Source: Eledone cirrhosa
Lineage: Eukaryota
Assembly (NCBI GenBank): GCA_964016885.1
Contig: OZ024743.1
Span: forward strand, 5,518,001 to 5,582,000
Direction: 5' to 3'
Length of the DNA: 64,000 nt
Of this stretch, positions 30,901-45,100 are shown piece after piece (position 1 is the first letter of the stretch; every line of letters begins with the position of its first letter). The notes beneath the pieces were generated by a model, which saw nothing but the letters and a program-made list of their open reading frames with translations, ran no database searches and was not told the origin of the DNA. The translations under genes and the position numbers were made by a program.

Positions 30901-32187
30901 GTTCTGTAATATATTTACATTGTCATTTTGTATGACAGGTAAGGTTTCATAAGATTACCAAAGAGCTTTATCTGAAACTCGATGACCAAGCGCTTGCATT
31001 ATTACTTGATGCTGTTGGATAGCAGAATCAGTACAGCAGTGGACAAAATTCTATCTTACAACATTTAGTTATGTCTCTTTTGCTTCAAACTTCTACAGAG
31101 TTAGCCTTTCCTTCCATCCTCCGGAGGGAGGTTAAATAAACACCGGTTCATTTAATTGAAGCACAGTCAAATTGTTGAAAAAAACACACACAATATGTGG
31201 ATGGGCTCCAAGATCAAGGATTACAACTGAAACCTTCTGGACGATAGACATTTGCCTTTAACATCAAAAGTATACGAAGAGATAAATTGCTTCTATCCAG
31301 GCGACTTGGGTGTTTTATAGTTGAAGTCAATGAAGAAATACTTTGGGAGCATCTGTCTATCGTATAGCGTCCTTGCTCCTACCGTCGTTTATATATAACT
31401 TTGTCTGTTGAACATCACATGCATTAGAAAGCGAACTTCTTATCATGGCAACATTACTGAGATAGGAAATGCATTATATATATATATACTGAATCAAATA
31501 GTATATTATTAAGGCTGATCCTACTATCTTAAGAAAGATTACATTAGAAGGGGGTTTGCCTGATTGGACTACAAGAAACGGCACATTACTTTTGTTAAAT
31601 TTTAGCTTTACCTTTCATCCGTTCGGAGTCGATAAAATAAAGTACCAGTAATACAATGTTTATTGTGCAAGCCTTTGAGGTTATTAAAAAAATCATCACC
31701 ATCATCATCATCATCATCATCATCATTACCATTATAATTATTAATAATAATATAATCATTATTATTTCTCCATTACAAAATAATGATCTAATGGACTGAT
31801 TTTTTTTTATTCTTGAAACTAATTATCAAAGCTTAACATGAATGAGAAATTACTTTTCTGACAAAATGAGCTGGTCCAAGGAGAATGAGATCTAAAGGGA
31901 TACTCGTATATTTAGTCCAACCTCTCCAAATGCTCCGATGACAGCTGGTACGACTTTCACTTTTGCTGCCGGGTATTCTTTCATTCTTCATATTTTTATT
32001 TTTAATTCAGCACATTTTGAGATTTTTTACTTTTTTGTTAGCAATGCAATTTGTTTGAAGGAATTGCAACGAAAGTATTATGAGACATTCTATACCTAAA
32101 CTATAATAAAGGAAGGTCTGCAGGATTGCGTACGGTTTTTTTTTTTTTTATCCCGTTTGTAAAATAAGTTGGATTACTTTGAATAAA

Positions 32188-32352
32188 TAATTGTTTCTAC
32201 GTTAGGCACAAGGCCAGCAATTACTCAGTGCATTACTGGTACTTTATTTTATCGACCCCGTATGGATGAAAGGCAAAGTTAGCCTCGGCGGGCCGTAACT
32301 CTATACGTCAAAGCATGGCGTCCGACCCTTTCCCAATACTGCCAATCCACCA
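32188..32352 (-). mobile_element. tRNA-derived SINE with an internal deletion
   Basis: Reverse complement of the dominant SINE. Confidence 0.8.
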
Positions 32353-32611
32353 TAATGAATGAATATTACATAATTCATCTACTAAATTTCGTTGATTAAA
32401 TATATTTTGTGTATTTAAAGATTCACTTCTTTTAAATTTCTGAAATGTTAACATTTCCGGTGGCGATCGCTTAAATAAACATACTAATTTTCTCCTAATG
32501 CAGTTTATATATAATATCGTCTTTTTTAATGTATCATGGATTACGTTACTGAGTAAATAAGTCTTCGTTCAACTTCTATGTATTATATATTGTCAATTAC
32601 GATTTTATTCG

Positions 32612-32785
32612 ATGTATCATATCTACTTGTATATATACCTGCGTATAATATCAATATACACACTACACATGTATCATATCTACATGTATATATACCTGCG
32701 TATAATATCAATATACACACTACACATGTATCATATCTACATGTATATATACCTGCGTAGAATATCAATATACACACTACACATG
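32612..32785. repeat. 57-bp tandem repeat, 3 copies
   Basis: Unit ATGTATCATATCTACATGTATATATACCTGCGTATAATATCAATATACACACTACAC. Confidence 0.9.
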
Positions 32786-32947
32786 TTAGCAGAAAACCAC
32801 CGGAAGGATGGTTTTTCTGCTAGTAATTATAATAATTGTTGTTGGTGGTGGTGTTGTTGTCATCGTTGTTTTTGTTGTTGCTGTTGTTTCTGCCGTCGTC
32901 GTCGTTGTTGCTGCTGTTGCTGCTGCTGCTGTCGTCATCGTCGTTCT

Positions 32948-32982
<35 letters not shown>

Positions 32983-33110
32983 CTGTTGCTGGTGTCGTTG
33001 TTATCGTTGTTGCTGTTGTTGTTGCTGCTACTGCTGCTGTTCTTTTTGATATTTTTGTTGCTGCTTTTATCGTTTTTGTTGTTTTATCATCAATTTTTGT
33101 TGCTGTTTTT

Positions 33111-36100
33111 TTAGTGCTGTCTGCACAGCCGAGTGAAACTCTTTATGCACTTTGGCTATGTGCAATAATGTTATTAGTGCTGTCTGCACAGCCGAGTGAA
33201 ACTCTTTATGCACTTTGGCTATGCGCAGTAATGTTATTAGTGCTGTCTGCACAGCCGAGTGAAACTCTTTATGCACTTTGGCTATGTGCAATAATGTTAT
33301 TAGTGCTGTCTGCACAGCCGAGTGAAACTCTTTATGCACTTTGGCTATGTGCAATAATGTTATTAGTGCTGTCTGCACAGCCGAGTGAAACTCTTTATGC
33401 ACTTTGGCTATGTGCAGTAATGTTATTAGTGCTGTCTGCACAGCCGAGTGAAACTCTTTATGCACTTTGGCTATGTGCAATAATGTTATTAGTGCTGTCT
33501 GCACAGCCGAGTGAAACTCTTTATGCACTTTGGCTATGTGCAGTAATGTTATTAGTGCTGTCTGCACAGCCGAGTGAAACTCTTTATGCACTTTGGCTAT
33601 ATGCAGTAATGTAATTAGTGCTGTCTGCACAGCCGAGTGAAACTCTTTATGCACTTTGGCTATGTGCAGTAATGTTATTAGTGCTGTCTGCACAGCCGAG
33701 TGAAACTCTTTATGCACTTTGGCTATGTGCAATAATGTTATTAGTGCTGCCTGCACAGCCGAGTGAAACTCTTTATGCACTTTGGCTATGTGCAGTAATG
33801 TTATTAGTGCTGTCTGCACAGCCGAGTGAAACTCTTTATGCACTTTGGCTATATGCAGTAATGTTATTAGTGCTGTCTGCACAGCCGAGTGAAACTCTTT
33901 ATGCACTTTGGCTATGTGCAGTAATATTATTAGTGCTGTCTGCACAGCCGAGTGAAACTATTTATGCACTTTGGCTATGTGCAGTAATATTATTAGTGCT
34001 GTCTGCACAGCCGAGTGAAACTATTTATGCACTTTGGCTATGTGCAGTAATGTTATTAGTGCTGTCTGCACAGACCAGTGAAACTCTTTATGCACTTTGG
34101 CTATGTGCAGTAATGTTATTAGTGCTGTCTGCACAGCCGAGTGAAACTCTTTATGCACTTTCGCTATGTGCAGTAATGTTATTAGTGCTGTCTGCACAGC
34201 CGAGTGAAACTCTTTATGCACTTTCGCTATGTGCAGTAATGTTATTAGTGCTGTCTGCACAGACCAGTGAAACTCTTTATGCACTTTGGCTATGTGCAGT
34301 AATGTTATTAGTGCTGTCTGCACAGACCAGTGAAACTATTTATGCACTTTGGCTATGTGCAGTAATGTTATTAGTGCTGCCTGCACAGCCGAGTGAAACT
34401 CTTTATGCACTTTGGCTATGTGCAGTAATGTTATTAGTGCTGTCTGCACAGCCGAGTGAAACTCTTTATGCACTTCGGCTATGTGCAGTAATGTTATTAG
34501 TGCTGCCTGCACAGTCGAGTGAAACTCTTTATGCACTTTGGCTATGTGCAGTAATGTTATTAGTGCTGCCTGCACAGCCGAGTGAAACTCTTTATGCACT
34601 TTGGCTATGTACAGTAATGTTATTAGTGCTGTCTGCACAGACCAGTGAAACTCTTTATGCACTTTGGCTATGTGCAGTAATGTTATTAGTGCTGTCTGCA
34701 CAGCCGAGTGAAACTCTTTATGCACTTTGGCTATGTGCAGTAATGTTATTAGTGCTGTCTGCACAGACCAGTGAAACTCTTTATGCACTTTGGCTATGTG
34801 CAGTAATGTTATTAGTGCTGTCTGCACAGACCAGTGAAACTCTTTATGCACTTTGGCTATGTGCAGTAATGTTATTAGTGCTATCTGCACAGCCGAGTGA
34901 AACTCTTTATGCACTTTGGCTATGTGCAGTAATGTTATTAGTGCTGTCTGCACAGACCAGTGAAACTCTTTATGCACTTTGGCTATGTGCAGTAATGTTA
35001 TTAGTGCTGTCTGCACAGACCAGTGAAACTCTTTATGCACTTTGGCTATGTGCAGTAATGTTATTAGTGCTGTCTGCACAGACCAGTGAAACTCTTTATG
35101 CACTTTGGCTATGTGCAGTAATGTTATTAGTGCTATCTGCACAGCCGAGTGAAACTCTTTATGCACTTTGGCTATGTGCAGTAATGTTATTAGTGCTGTC
35201 TGCACAGACCAGTGAAACTCTTTATGCACTTTGGCTATGTGCAGTAATGTTATTAGTGCTGTCTGCACAGACCAGTGAAACTCTTTATGCACTTTCGCTA
35301 TGTACAGTAATGTTATTAGTGCTGTCTGCACAGACCAGTGAAACTCTTTATGCACTTTGGCTATGTGCAGTAATGTTATTAGTGCTGTCTGCACAGCCGA
35401 GTAAAACTCTTTAAGCACTTTCGCTATGTGCAGTAATGTTATTAGTGCTGTCTGCACAGACCAGTGAAACTCTTTATGCACTTTGGCTATGTGCAATAAT
35501 GTTATTAGTGCTGCCTGCACAGCCGAGTGAAACTCTTTATGCACTCTGGCTATGTGCAATAATGTTATTAGTGCTGTCTGCACAGACCAGTGAAACTCTT
35601 TATGCACTTTGGCTATGTGCAGTAATGTTATTAGTGCTGCCTGCACAGCCGAGTGAAACTCTTTATGCACTTTGGCTATGTGCAGTAATGTTATTAGTGC
35701 TGTCTGCACAGCCGAGTGAAACTCTTTATGCACTTTGGCTATGTGCAATAATGTTATTAGTGCTGTCTGCACAGCCGAGTGAAACTCTTTATGCACTTTG
35801 GCTATGTGCAGTAATGTTATTAGTGCTGTCTGCACAGCCGAGTGAAACTCTTTATGCACTTTGGCTATGTGCAGTAATGTTATTAGTGCTGTCTGCACAG
35901 ACCAGTGAAACTCTTTATGCACTTTGGCTATGTGCAGTAATGTTATTAGTGCTGCCTGCACAGCCGAGTGAAACTCTTTATGCACTTTGGCTATGTGCAG
36001 TAATGTTATTAGTGCTGCCTGCACAGCCGAGTGAAACTCTTTATGCACTTTGGCTATGTGCAGTAATGTTATTAGTGCTGTCTGCACAGCCGAGTGAAAC

Positions 36101-39100
36101 TCTTTATGCACTTTGGCTATGTGCAGTAATGTTATTAGTGCTGTCTGCACAGCCGAGTGAAACTCTTTATGCACTTTGGCTATGTGCAGTAATGTTATTA
36201 GTGCTGTCTGCACAGACCAGTGAAACTCTTTATGCACTTTGGCTATGTGCAGTAATGTTATTAGTGCTGCCTGCACAGCCGAGTGAAACTCTTTATGCAC
36301 TTTGGCTATGTGCAGTAATGTTATTAGTGCTGCCTGCACAGCCGAGTGAAACTCTTTATGCACTTTGGCTATGTGCAGTAATGTTATTAGTGCTGTCTGC
36401 ACAGCCGAGTGAAACTCTTTATGCACTTTGGCTATGTGCAGTAATGTTATTAGTGCTGTCTGCACAGCCGAGTGAAACTCTTTATGCACTTTGGCTATGT
36501 GCAGTAATGTTATTAGTGCTGTCTGCACAGACCAGTGAAACTCTTTATGCACTTTGGCTATGTGCAGTAATGTTATTAGTGCTGTCTGCACAGCCGAGTG
36601 AAACTCTTTATGCACTTTGGCTATGTGCAGTAATGTTATTAGTGCTGTCTGCACAGCCGAGTGAAACTCTTTATGCATTTTGGCTATGTGCAGTAATGTT
36701 ATTAGTGCTGTCTGCACAGACCAGTGAAACTCTTTATGCACTTTGGCTATGTGCAGTAATGTTATTAGTGCTGTCTGCACAGACCAGTGAAACTCTTTAT
36801 GCACTTTGGCTATGTGCAGTAATGTTATTAGTGCTGTCTGCACAGCCGAGTGAAACTCTTTATGCACTTTGGCTATGTGCAGTAATGTTATTAGTGCTGT
36901 CTGCACAGCCGAGTGAAACTCTTTATGCATTTTGGCTATGTGCAGTAATGTTATTAGTGCTGTCTGCACAGACCAGTGAAACTCTTTATGCACTTTGGCT
37001 ATGTGCAGTAATGTTATTAGTGCTGTCTGCACAGACCAGTGAAACTCTTTATGCACTTTGGCTATGTGCAGTAATGTTATTAGTGCTGTCTGCACAGCCG
37101 AGTGAAACTCTTTATGCACTTTGGCTATGTGCAGTAATGTTATTAGTGCTGTCTGCACAGCCGAGTGAAACTCTTTATGCACTTTGGCTATGTGCAGTAA
37201 TGTTATTAGTGCTGTCTGCACAGACCAGTGAAACTCTTTATGCACTTTGGCTATGTGCAGTAATGTTATTAGTGCTGTCTGCACAGCCGAGTGAAACTCT
37301 TTATGCACTTTGGCTATGTGCAGTAATGTTATTAGTGCTGTCTGCACAGCCGAGTGAAACTCTTTATGCACTTTGGCTATGTGCAGTAATGTTATTAGTG
37401 CTGTCTGCACAGACCAGTGAAACTCTTTATGCACTTTGGCTATGTGCAGTAATGTTATTAGTGCTGTCTGCACAGACCAGTGAAACTCTTTATGCACTTT
37501 GGCTATGTGCAGTAATGTTATTAGTGCTGTCTGCACAGCCGAGTGAAACTCTTTATGCACTTTGGCTATGTGCAGTAATGTTATTAGTGCTGTCTGCACA
37601 GCCGAGTGAAACTCTTTATGCACTTTGGCTATGTGCAGTAATGTTATTAGTGCTGTCTGCACAGCCGAGTGAAACTCTTTATGCACTTTGGCTATGTGCA
37701 GTAATGTTATTAGTGCTGTCTGCACAGCCGAGTGAAACTCTTTATGCACTTTGGCTATGTGCAGTAATGTTATTAGTGCTGTCTGCACAGACCAGTGAAA
37801 CTCTTTATGCACTTTGGCTATGTGCAGTAATGTTATTAGTGCTGTCTGCACAGCCGAGTGAAACTCTTTATGCACTTTGGCTATGTGCAGTAATGTTATT
37901 AGTGCTGTCTGCACAGCCGAGTGAAACTCTTTATGCACTTTGGCTATGTGCAGTAATGTTATTAGTGCTGTCTGCACAGCCGAGTGAAACTCTTTATGCA
38001 CTTTGGCTATGTGCAGTAATGTTATTAGTGCTGTCTGCACAGACCAGTGAAACTCTTTATGCACTTTGGCTATGTGCAGTAATGTTATTAGTGCTGTCTG
38101 CACAGACCAGTGAAACTCTTTATGCACTTTGGCTATGTGCAGTAATGTTATTAGTGCTGTCTGCACAGCCGAGTGAAACTCTTTATGCACTTTGGCTATG
38201 TGCAGTAATGTTATTAGTGCTGTCTGCACAGACCAGTGAAACTCTTTATGCACTTTGGCTATGTGCAGTAATGTTATTAGTGCTGTCTGCACAGACCAGT
38301 GAAACTCTTTATGCACTTTGGCTATGTGCAGTAATGTTATTAGTGCTGTCTGCACAGCCGAGTGAAACTCTTTATGCACTTTGGCTATGTGCAGTAATGT
38401 TATTAGTGCTGTCTGCACAGCCGAGTGAAACTCTTTATGCACTTTGGCTATGTGCAGTAATGTTATTAGTGCTGTCTGCACAGCCGAGTGAAACTCTTTA
38501 TGCACTTTGGCTATGTGCAGTAATGTTATTAGTGCTGTCTGCACAGCCGAGTGAAACTCTTTATGCACTTTGGCTATGTGCAGTAATGTTATTAGTGCTG
38601 TCTGCACAGACCAGTGAAACTCTTTATGCACTTTGGCTATGTGCAGTAATGTTATTAGTGCTGTCTGCACAGCCGAGTGAAACTCTTTATGCACTTTGGC
38701 TATGTGCAGTAATGTTATTAGTGCTGTCTGCACAGCCGAGTGAAACTCTTTATGCACTTTGGCTATGTGCAGTAATGTTATTAGTGCTGTCTGCACAGCC
38801 GAGTGAAACTCTTTATGCACTTTGGCTATGTGCAGTAATGTTATTAGTGCTGTCTGCACAGACCAGTGAAACTCTTTATGCACTTTGGCTATGTGCAGTA
38901 ATGTTATTAGTGCTGTCTGCACAGACCAGTGAAACTCTTTATGCACTTTGGCTATGTGCAGTAATGTTATTAGTGCTGTCTGCACAGCCGAGTGAAACTC
39001 TTTATGCACTTTGGCTATGTGCAGTAATGTTATTAGTGCTGTCTGCACAGACCAGTGAAACTCTTTATGCACTTTGGCTATGTGCAGTAATGTTATTAGT

Positions 39101-42100
39101 GCTGTCTGCACAGACCAGTGAAACTCTTTATGCACTTTGGCTATGTGCAGTAATGTTATTAGTGCTGTCTGCACAGCCGAGTGAAACTCTTTATGCACTT
39201 TGGCTATGTGCAGTAATGTTATTAGTGCTGTCTGCACAGCCGAGTGAAACTCTTTATGCACTTTGGCTATGTGCAGTAATGTTATTAGTGCTGTCTGCAC
39301 AGCCGAGTGAAACTCTTTATGCATTTTGGCTATGTGCAGTAATGTTATTAGTGCTGTCTGCACAGACCAGTGAAACTCTTTATGCACTTTGGCTATGTGC
39401 AGTAATGTTATTAGTGCTGTCTGCACAGCCGAGTGAAACTCTTTATGCATTTTGGCTATGTGCAGTAATGTTATTAGTGCTGTCTGCACAGACCAGTGAA
39501 ACTCTTTATGCACTTTGGCTATGTGCAGTAATGTTATTAGTGCTGTCTGCACAGACCAGTGAAACTCTTTATGCACTTTGGCTATGTGCAGTAATGTTAT
39601 TAGTGCTGTCTGCACAGCCGAGTGAAACTCTTTATGCACTTTGGCTATGTGCAGTAATGTTATTAGTGCTGTCTGCACAGCCGAGTGAAACTCTTTATGC
39701 ATTTTGGCTATGTGCAGTAATGTTATTAGTGCTGTCTGCACAGACCAGTGAAACTCTTTATGCACTTTGGCTATGTGCAGTAATGTTATTAGTGCTGTCT
39801 GCACAGCCGAGTGAAACTCTTTATGCATTTTGGCTATGTGCAGTAATGTTATTAGTGCTGTCTGCACAGACCAGTGAAACTCTTTATGCACTTTGGCTAT
39901 GTGCAGTAATGTTATTAGTGCTGTCTGCACAGACCAGTGAAACTCTTTATGCACTTTGGCTATGTGCAGTAATGTTATTAGTGCTGTCTGCACAGCCGAG
40001 TGAAACTCTTTATGCACTTTGGCTATGTGCAGTAATGTTATTAGTGCTGTCTGCACAGCCGAGTGAAACTCTTTATGCATTTTGGCTATGTGCAGTAATG
40101 TTATTAGTGCTGTCTGCACAGACCAGTGAAACTCTTTATGCACTTTGGCTATGTGCAGTAATGTTATTAGTGCTGTCTGCACAGACCAGTGAAACTCTTT
40201 ATGCACTTTGGCTATGTGCAGTAATGTTATTAGTGCTGTCTGCACAGCCGAGTGAAACTCTTTATGCACTTTGGCTATGTGCAGTAATGTTATTAGTGCT
40301 GTCTGCACAGCCGAGTGAAACTCTTTATGCACTTTGGCTATGTGCAGTAATGTTATTAGTGCTGTCTGCACAGACCAGTGAAACTCTTTATGCACTTTGG
40401 CTATGTGCAGTAATGTTATTAGTGCTGTCTGCACAGCCGAGTGAAACTCTTTATGCACTTTGGCTATGTGCAGTAATGTTATTAGTGCTGTCTGCACAGC
40501 CGAGTGAAACTCTTTATGCACTTTGGCTATGTGCAGTAATGTTATTAGTGCTGTCTGCACAGACCAGTGAAACTCTTTATGCACTTTGGCTATGTGCAGT
40601 AATGTTATTAGTGCTGTCTGCACAGACCAGTGAAACTCTTTATGCACTTTGGCTATGTGCAGTAATGTTATTAGTGCTGTCTGCACAGCCGAGTGAAACT
40701 CTTTATGCATTTTGGCTATGTGCAGTAATGTTATTAGTGCTGTCTGCACAGACCAGTGAAACTCTTTATGCACTTTGGCTATGTGCAGTAATGTTATTAG
40801 TGCTGTCTGCACAGACCAGTGAAACTCTTTATGCACTTTGGCTATGTGCAGTAATGTTATTAGTGCTATCTGCACAGCCGAGTGAAACTCTTTATGCACT
40901 TTGGCTATGTGCAGTAATGTTATTAGTGCTGTCTGCACAGACCAGTGAAACTCTTTATGCACTTTGGCTATGTGCAGTAATGTTATTAGTGCTGTCTGCA
41001 CAGCCGAGTAAAACTCTTTAAGCACTTTCGCTATGTGCAGTAATGTTATTAGTGCTGTCTGCACAGACCAGTGAAACTCTTTATGCACTTTGGCTATGTG
41101 CAATAATGTTATTAGTGCTGCCTGCACAGCCGAGTGAAACTCTTTATGCACTTTGGCTATGTGCAGTAATGTTATTAGTGCTGCCTGCACAGCCGAGTGA
41201 AACTCTTTATGCACTTTGGCTATGTGCAGTAATGTTATTAGTGCTGTCTGCACAGCCGAGTGAAACTCTTTATGCACTTTGGCTATGTGCAATAATGTTA
41301 TTAGTGCTGTCTGCACAGCCGAGTGAAACTCTTTATGCACTTTGGCTATGTGCAGTAATGTTATTAGTGCTGTCTGCACAGCCGAGTGAAACTCTTTATG
41401 CACTTTGGCTATGTGCAGTAATGTTATTAGTGCTGTCTGCACAGACCAGTGAAACTCTTTATGCACTTTGGCTATGTGCAGTAATGTTATTAGTGCTGCC
41501 TGCACAGCCGAGTGAAACTCTTTATGCACTTTGGCTATGTGCAGTAATGTTATTAGTGCTGCCTGCACAGCCGAGTGAAACTCTTTATGCACTTTGGCTA
41601 TGTGCAGTAATGTTATTAGTGCTGTCTGCACAGCCGAGTGAAACTCTTTATGCACTTTGGCTATGTGCAGTAATGTTATTAGTGCTGTCTGCACAGCCGA
41701 GTGAAACTCTTTATGCACTTTGGCTATGTGCAGTAATGTTATTAGTGCTGTCTGCACAGACCAGTGAAACTCTTTATGCACTTTGGCTATGTGCAGTAAT
41801 GTTATTAGTGCTGCCTGCACAGCCGAGTGAAACTCTTTATGCACTTTGGCTATGTGCAGTAATGTTATTAGTGCTGCCTGCACAGCCGAGTGAAACTCTT
41901 TATGCACTTTGGCTATGTGCAGTAATGTTATTAGTGCTGTCTGCACAGCCGAGTGAAACTCTTTATGCACTTTGGCTATGTGCAGTAATGTTATTAGTGC
42001 TGTCTGCACAGCCGAGTGAAACTCTTTATGCACTTTGGCTATGTGCAGTAATGTTATTAGTGCTGTCTGCACAGACCAGTGAAACTCTTTATGCACTTTG

Positions 42101-45100
42101 GCTATGTGCAGTAATGTTATTAGTGCTGTCTGCACAGCCGAGTGAAACTCTTTATGCACTTTGGCTATGTGCAGTAATGTTATTAGTGCTGTCTGCACAG
42201 CCGAGTGAAACTCTTTATGCATTTTGGCTATGTGCAGTAATGTTATTAGTGCTGTCTGCACAGCCGAGTGAAACTCTTTATGCATTTTGGCTATGTGCAG
42301 TAATGTTATTAGTGCTGTCTGCACAGACGAGTGAAACTATTTATGCACTTTGGCTATGTGCAGTAATGTTATTAGTGCTGTCTGCACAGCCGAGTGAAAC
42401 TATTTATGCACTTTGGCTATGTGCAGTAATGTTATTAGTGCTGTCTGCACAGCCGAGTGAAACTCTTTATGCATTTTGGCTATGTGCAGTAATGTTATTA
42501 GTGCTGCCTGCACAGACCAGTGAAACTATTTATGCACTTTGGCTATGTGCAGTAATGTTATTAGTGCTGTCTGCACAGCCGAGTGAAACTCTTTATGCAC
42601 TTTGGCTATGTGCAATAATGTTATTAGTGCTGCCTGCACAGCCGAGTGAAACTCTTTATGCACTTTGGCTATGTGCAATAATGTTATTAGTGCTGTCTGC
42701 ACAGCCGAGTGAAACTCTTTATGCACTTTGGCTATGTGCAGTAATGTTATTAGTGCTGCCTGCACAGCCGAGTGAAACTCTTTATGCACTTTGGCTATGT
42801 GCAGTAATGTTATTAGCGCTGTCTGCACAGCCGAGTGAAACTATTTATGCACTTTGGCTATGTGCAGTAATGTTATTAGTGCTGTCTGCACAGACCAGTG
42901 AAACTCTTTATGCACTTTGGCTATGTGCAGTAATGTTATTAGTGCTGTCTGCACAGCCGAGTGAAACTCTTTATGCACTTCGGCTATGTGCAGTAATGTT
43001 ATTAGTGCTGTCTGCACAGGCGAGTGAAACTATTTATGCACTTTGGCTATGTGCAGTAATGTTATTAGTGCTGTCTGCACAGCCGAGTGAAACTCTTTAT
43101 GCACTTTGGCTATGTGCAGTAATGTTATTAGTGCTGTCTGCACAGCCGAGTGAAACTATTTATGCACTTTGGCTATGTGCAGTAATGTTATTAGTGCTGC
43201 CTGCACAGCCGAGTGAAACTCTTTATGCACTTTGGCTATGTGCAATAATGTTATTAGTGCTGTCTGCACAGCCGAGTGAAACTCTTTATGCACTTTGGCT
43301 ATATGCAGTAATGTAATTAGTGCTGTCTGCACAGCCGAGTGAAACTCTTTATGCACTTTGGCTATGTGCAGTAATGTTATTAGTGCTGCCTGCACAGCCG
43401 AGTGAAACTCTTTATGCACTTTGGCTATGTGCAGTAATGTTATTAGTGCTGTCTGCACAGCCGAGTGAAACTCTTTATGCACTTTGGCTATGTGCAATAA
43501 TGTTATTAGTGCTGTCTGCACAGCCGAGTGAAACTCTTTATGCACTTTGGCTATGTGCAGTAATGTAATTAGTGCTGTCTGCACAGCCGAGTGAAACTCT
43601 TTATGCACTTTGGCTATGTGCAGTAATGTTATTAGTGCTGCCTGCACAGCCGAGTGAAACTCTTTATGCACTTTGGCTATGTGCAGTAATGTTATTAGTG
43701 CTGCCTGCACAGCCGAGTGAAACTCTTTATGCACTTTGGCTATGTGCAGTAATGTTATTAGTGCTGTCTGCACAGCCGAGTGAAACTATTTATGCACTTT
43801 GGCTATGTGCAGTAATGTTATTAGTGCTGTCTGCACAGACCAGTGAATCTCTTTATGCACTTTGGCTATGTGCAGTAATGTTATTAGTGCTGTCTGCACA
43901 GCCGAGTGAAACTCTTTATGCACTTCGGCTATGTGCAGTAATGTTATTAGTGCTGCCTGCACAGTCGAGTGAAACTCTTTATGCACTTTGGCTATGTGCA
44001 GTAATGTTATTAGTGCTGCCTGCACAGCCGAGTGAAACTCTTTATGCACTTTGGCTATGTGCAGTAATGTTATTAGTGCTGCCTGCACAGCCGAGTGAAA
44101 CTCTTTATGCACTTTGGCTATGTACAGTAATGTTATTAGTGCTGTCTGCACAGCCGAGTGAAACTCTTTATGCACTTTGGCTATGTGCAGTAATGTTATT
44201 AGTGCTGTCTGCACAGACCAGTGAAACTCTTTATGCACTTTGGCTATGTGCAGTAATGTTATTAGTGCTGCCTGCACAGCCGAGTGAAACTCTTTATGCA
44301 CTTTGGCTATGTGCAATAATGTTATTAGTGCTGCCTGGACAGCCGAGTGAAACTCTTTATGCACTTTGGCTATGTGCAGTAATGTTATTAGTGCTGTCTG
44401 CACAGACCAGTGAAACTCTTTATGCACTTTGGCTATGTGCAGTAATGTTATTAGTGCTGTCTGCACAGCCGAGTGAAACTCTTTATGCACTTTGGCTATG
44501 TGCAGTAATGTTATTAGTGCTGCCTGCACAGCCGAGTGAAACTCTTTATGCACTTTGGCTATGTGCAGTAATGTTATTAGTGCTGTCTGCACAGACCAGT
44601 GAAACTCTTTATGCACTTTGGCTATGTGCAGTAATGTTATTAGTGCTGTCTGCACAGCCGAGTGAAACTCTTTATGCACTTTGGCTATGTGCAGTAATGT
44701 TATTAGTGCTGTCTGCACAGACCAGTGAAACACTTTATGCACTTTGGCTATGTGCAGTAATGTTATTAGTGCTGTCTGCACAGCCGAGTGAAACTCTTTA
44801 TGCACTTTGGCTATGTGCAGTAATGTTATTAGTGCTGTCTGCACAGACCAGTGAAACACTTTATGCACTTTGGCTATGTGCAGTAATGTTATTAGTGCTG
44901 CCTGCACAGCCGAGTGAAACTATTTATGCACTTTGGCTATGTGCAGTAATGTTATTAGTGCTGTCTGCACAGCCGAGTGAAACTCTTTATGCACTTTGGA
45001 TATGTGCAGTAATGTTATTAGTGCTGTCTGCACAGCCGAGTGAAACTCTTTATGCACTTTCGCTATGTGCAGTAATGTTATTAGTGCTGTCTGCACAGAC

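Noticed and set aside
30773-30938. Plus-strand exon with good acceptor and donor and one open frame
   Set aside because: It is the antisense of a decayed RLE domain; exonisation cannot be excluded without RNA-seq.
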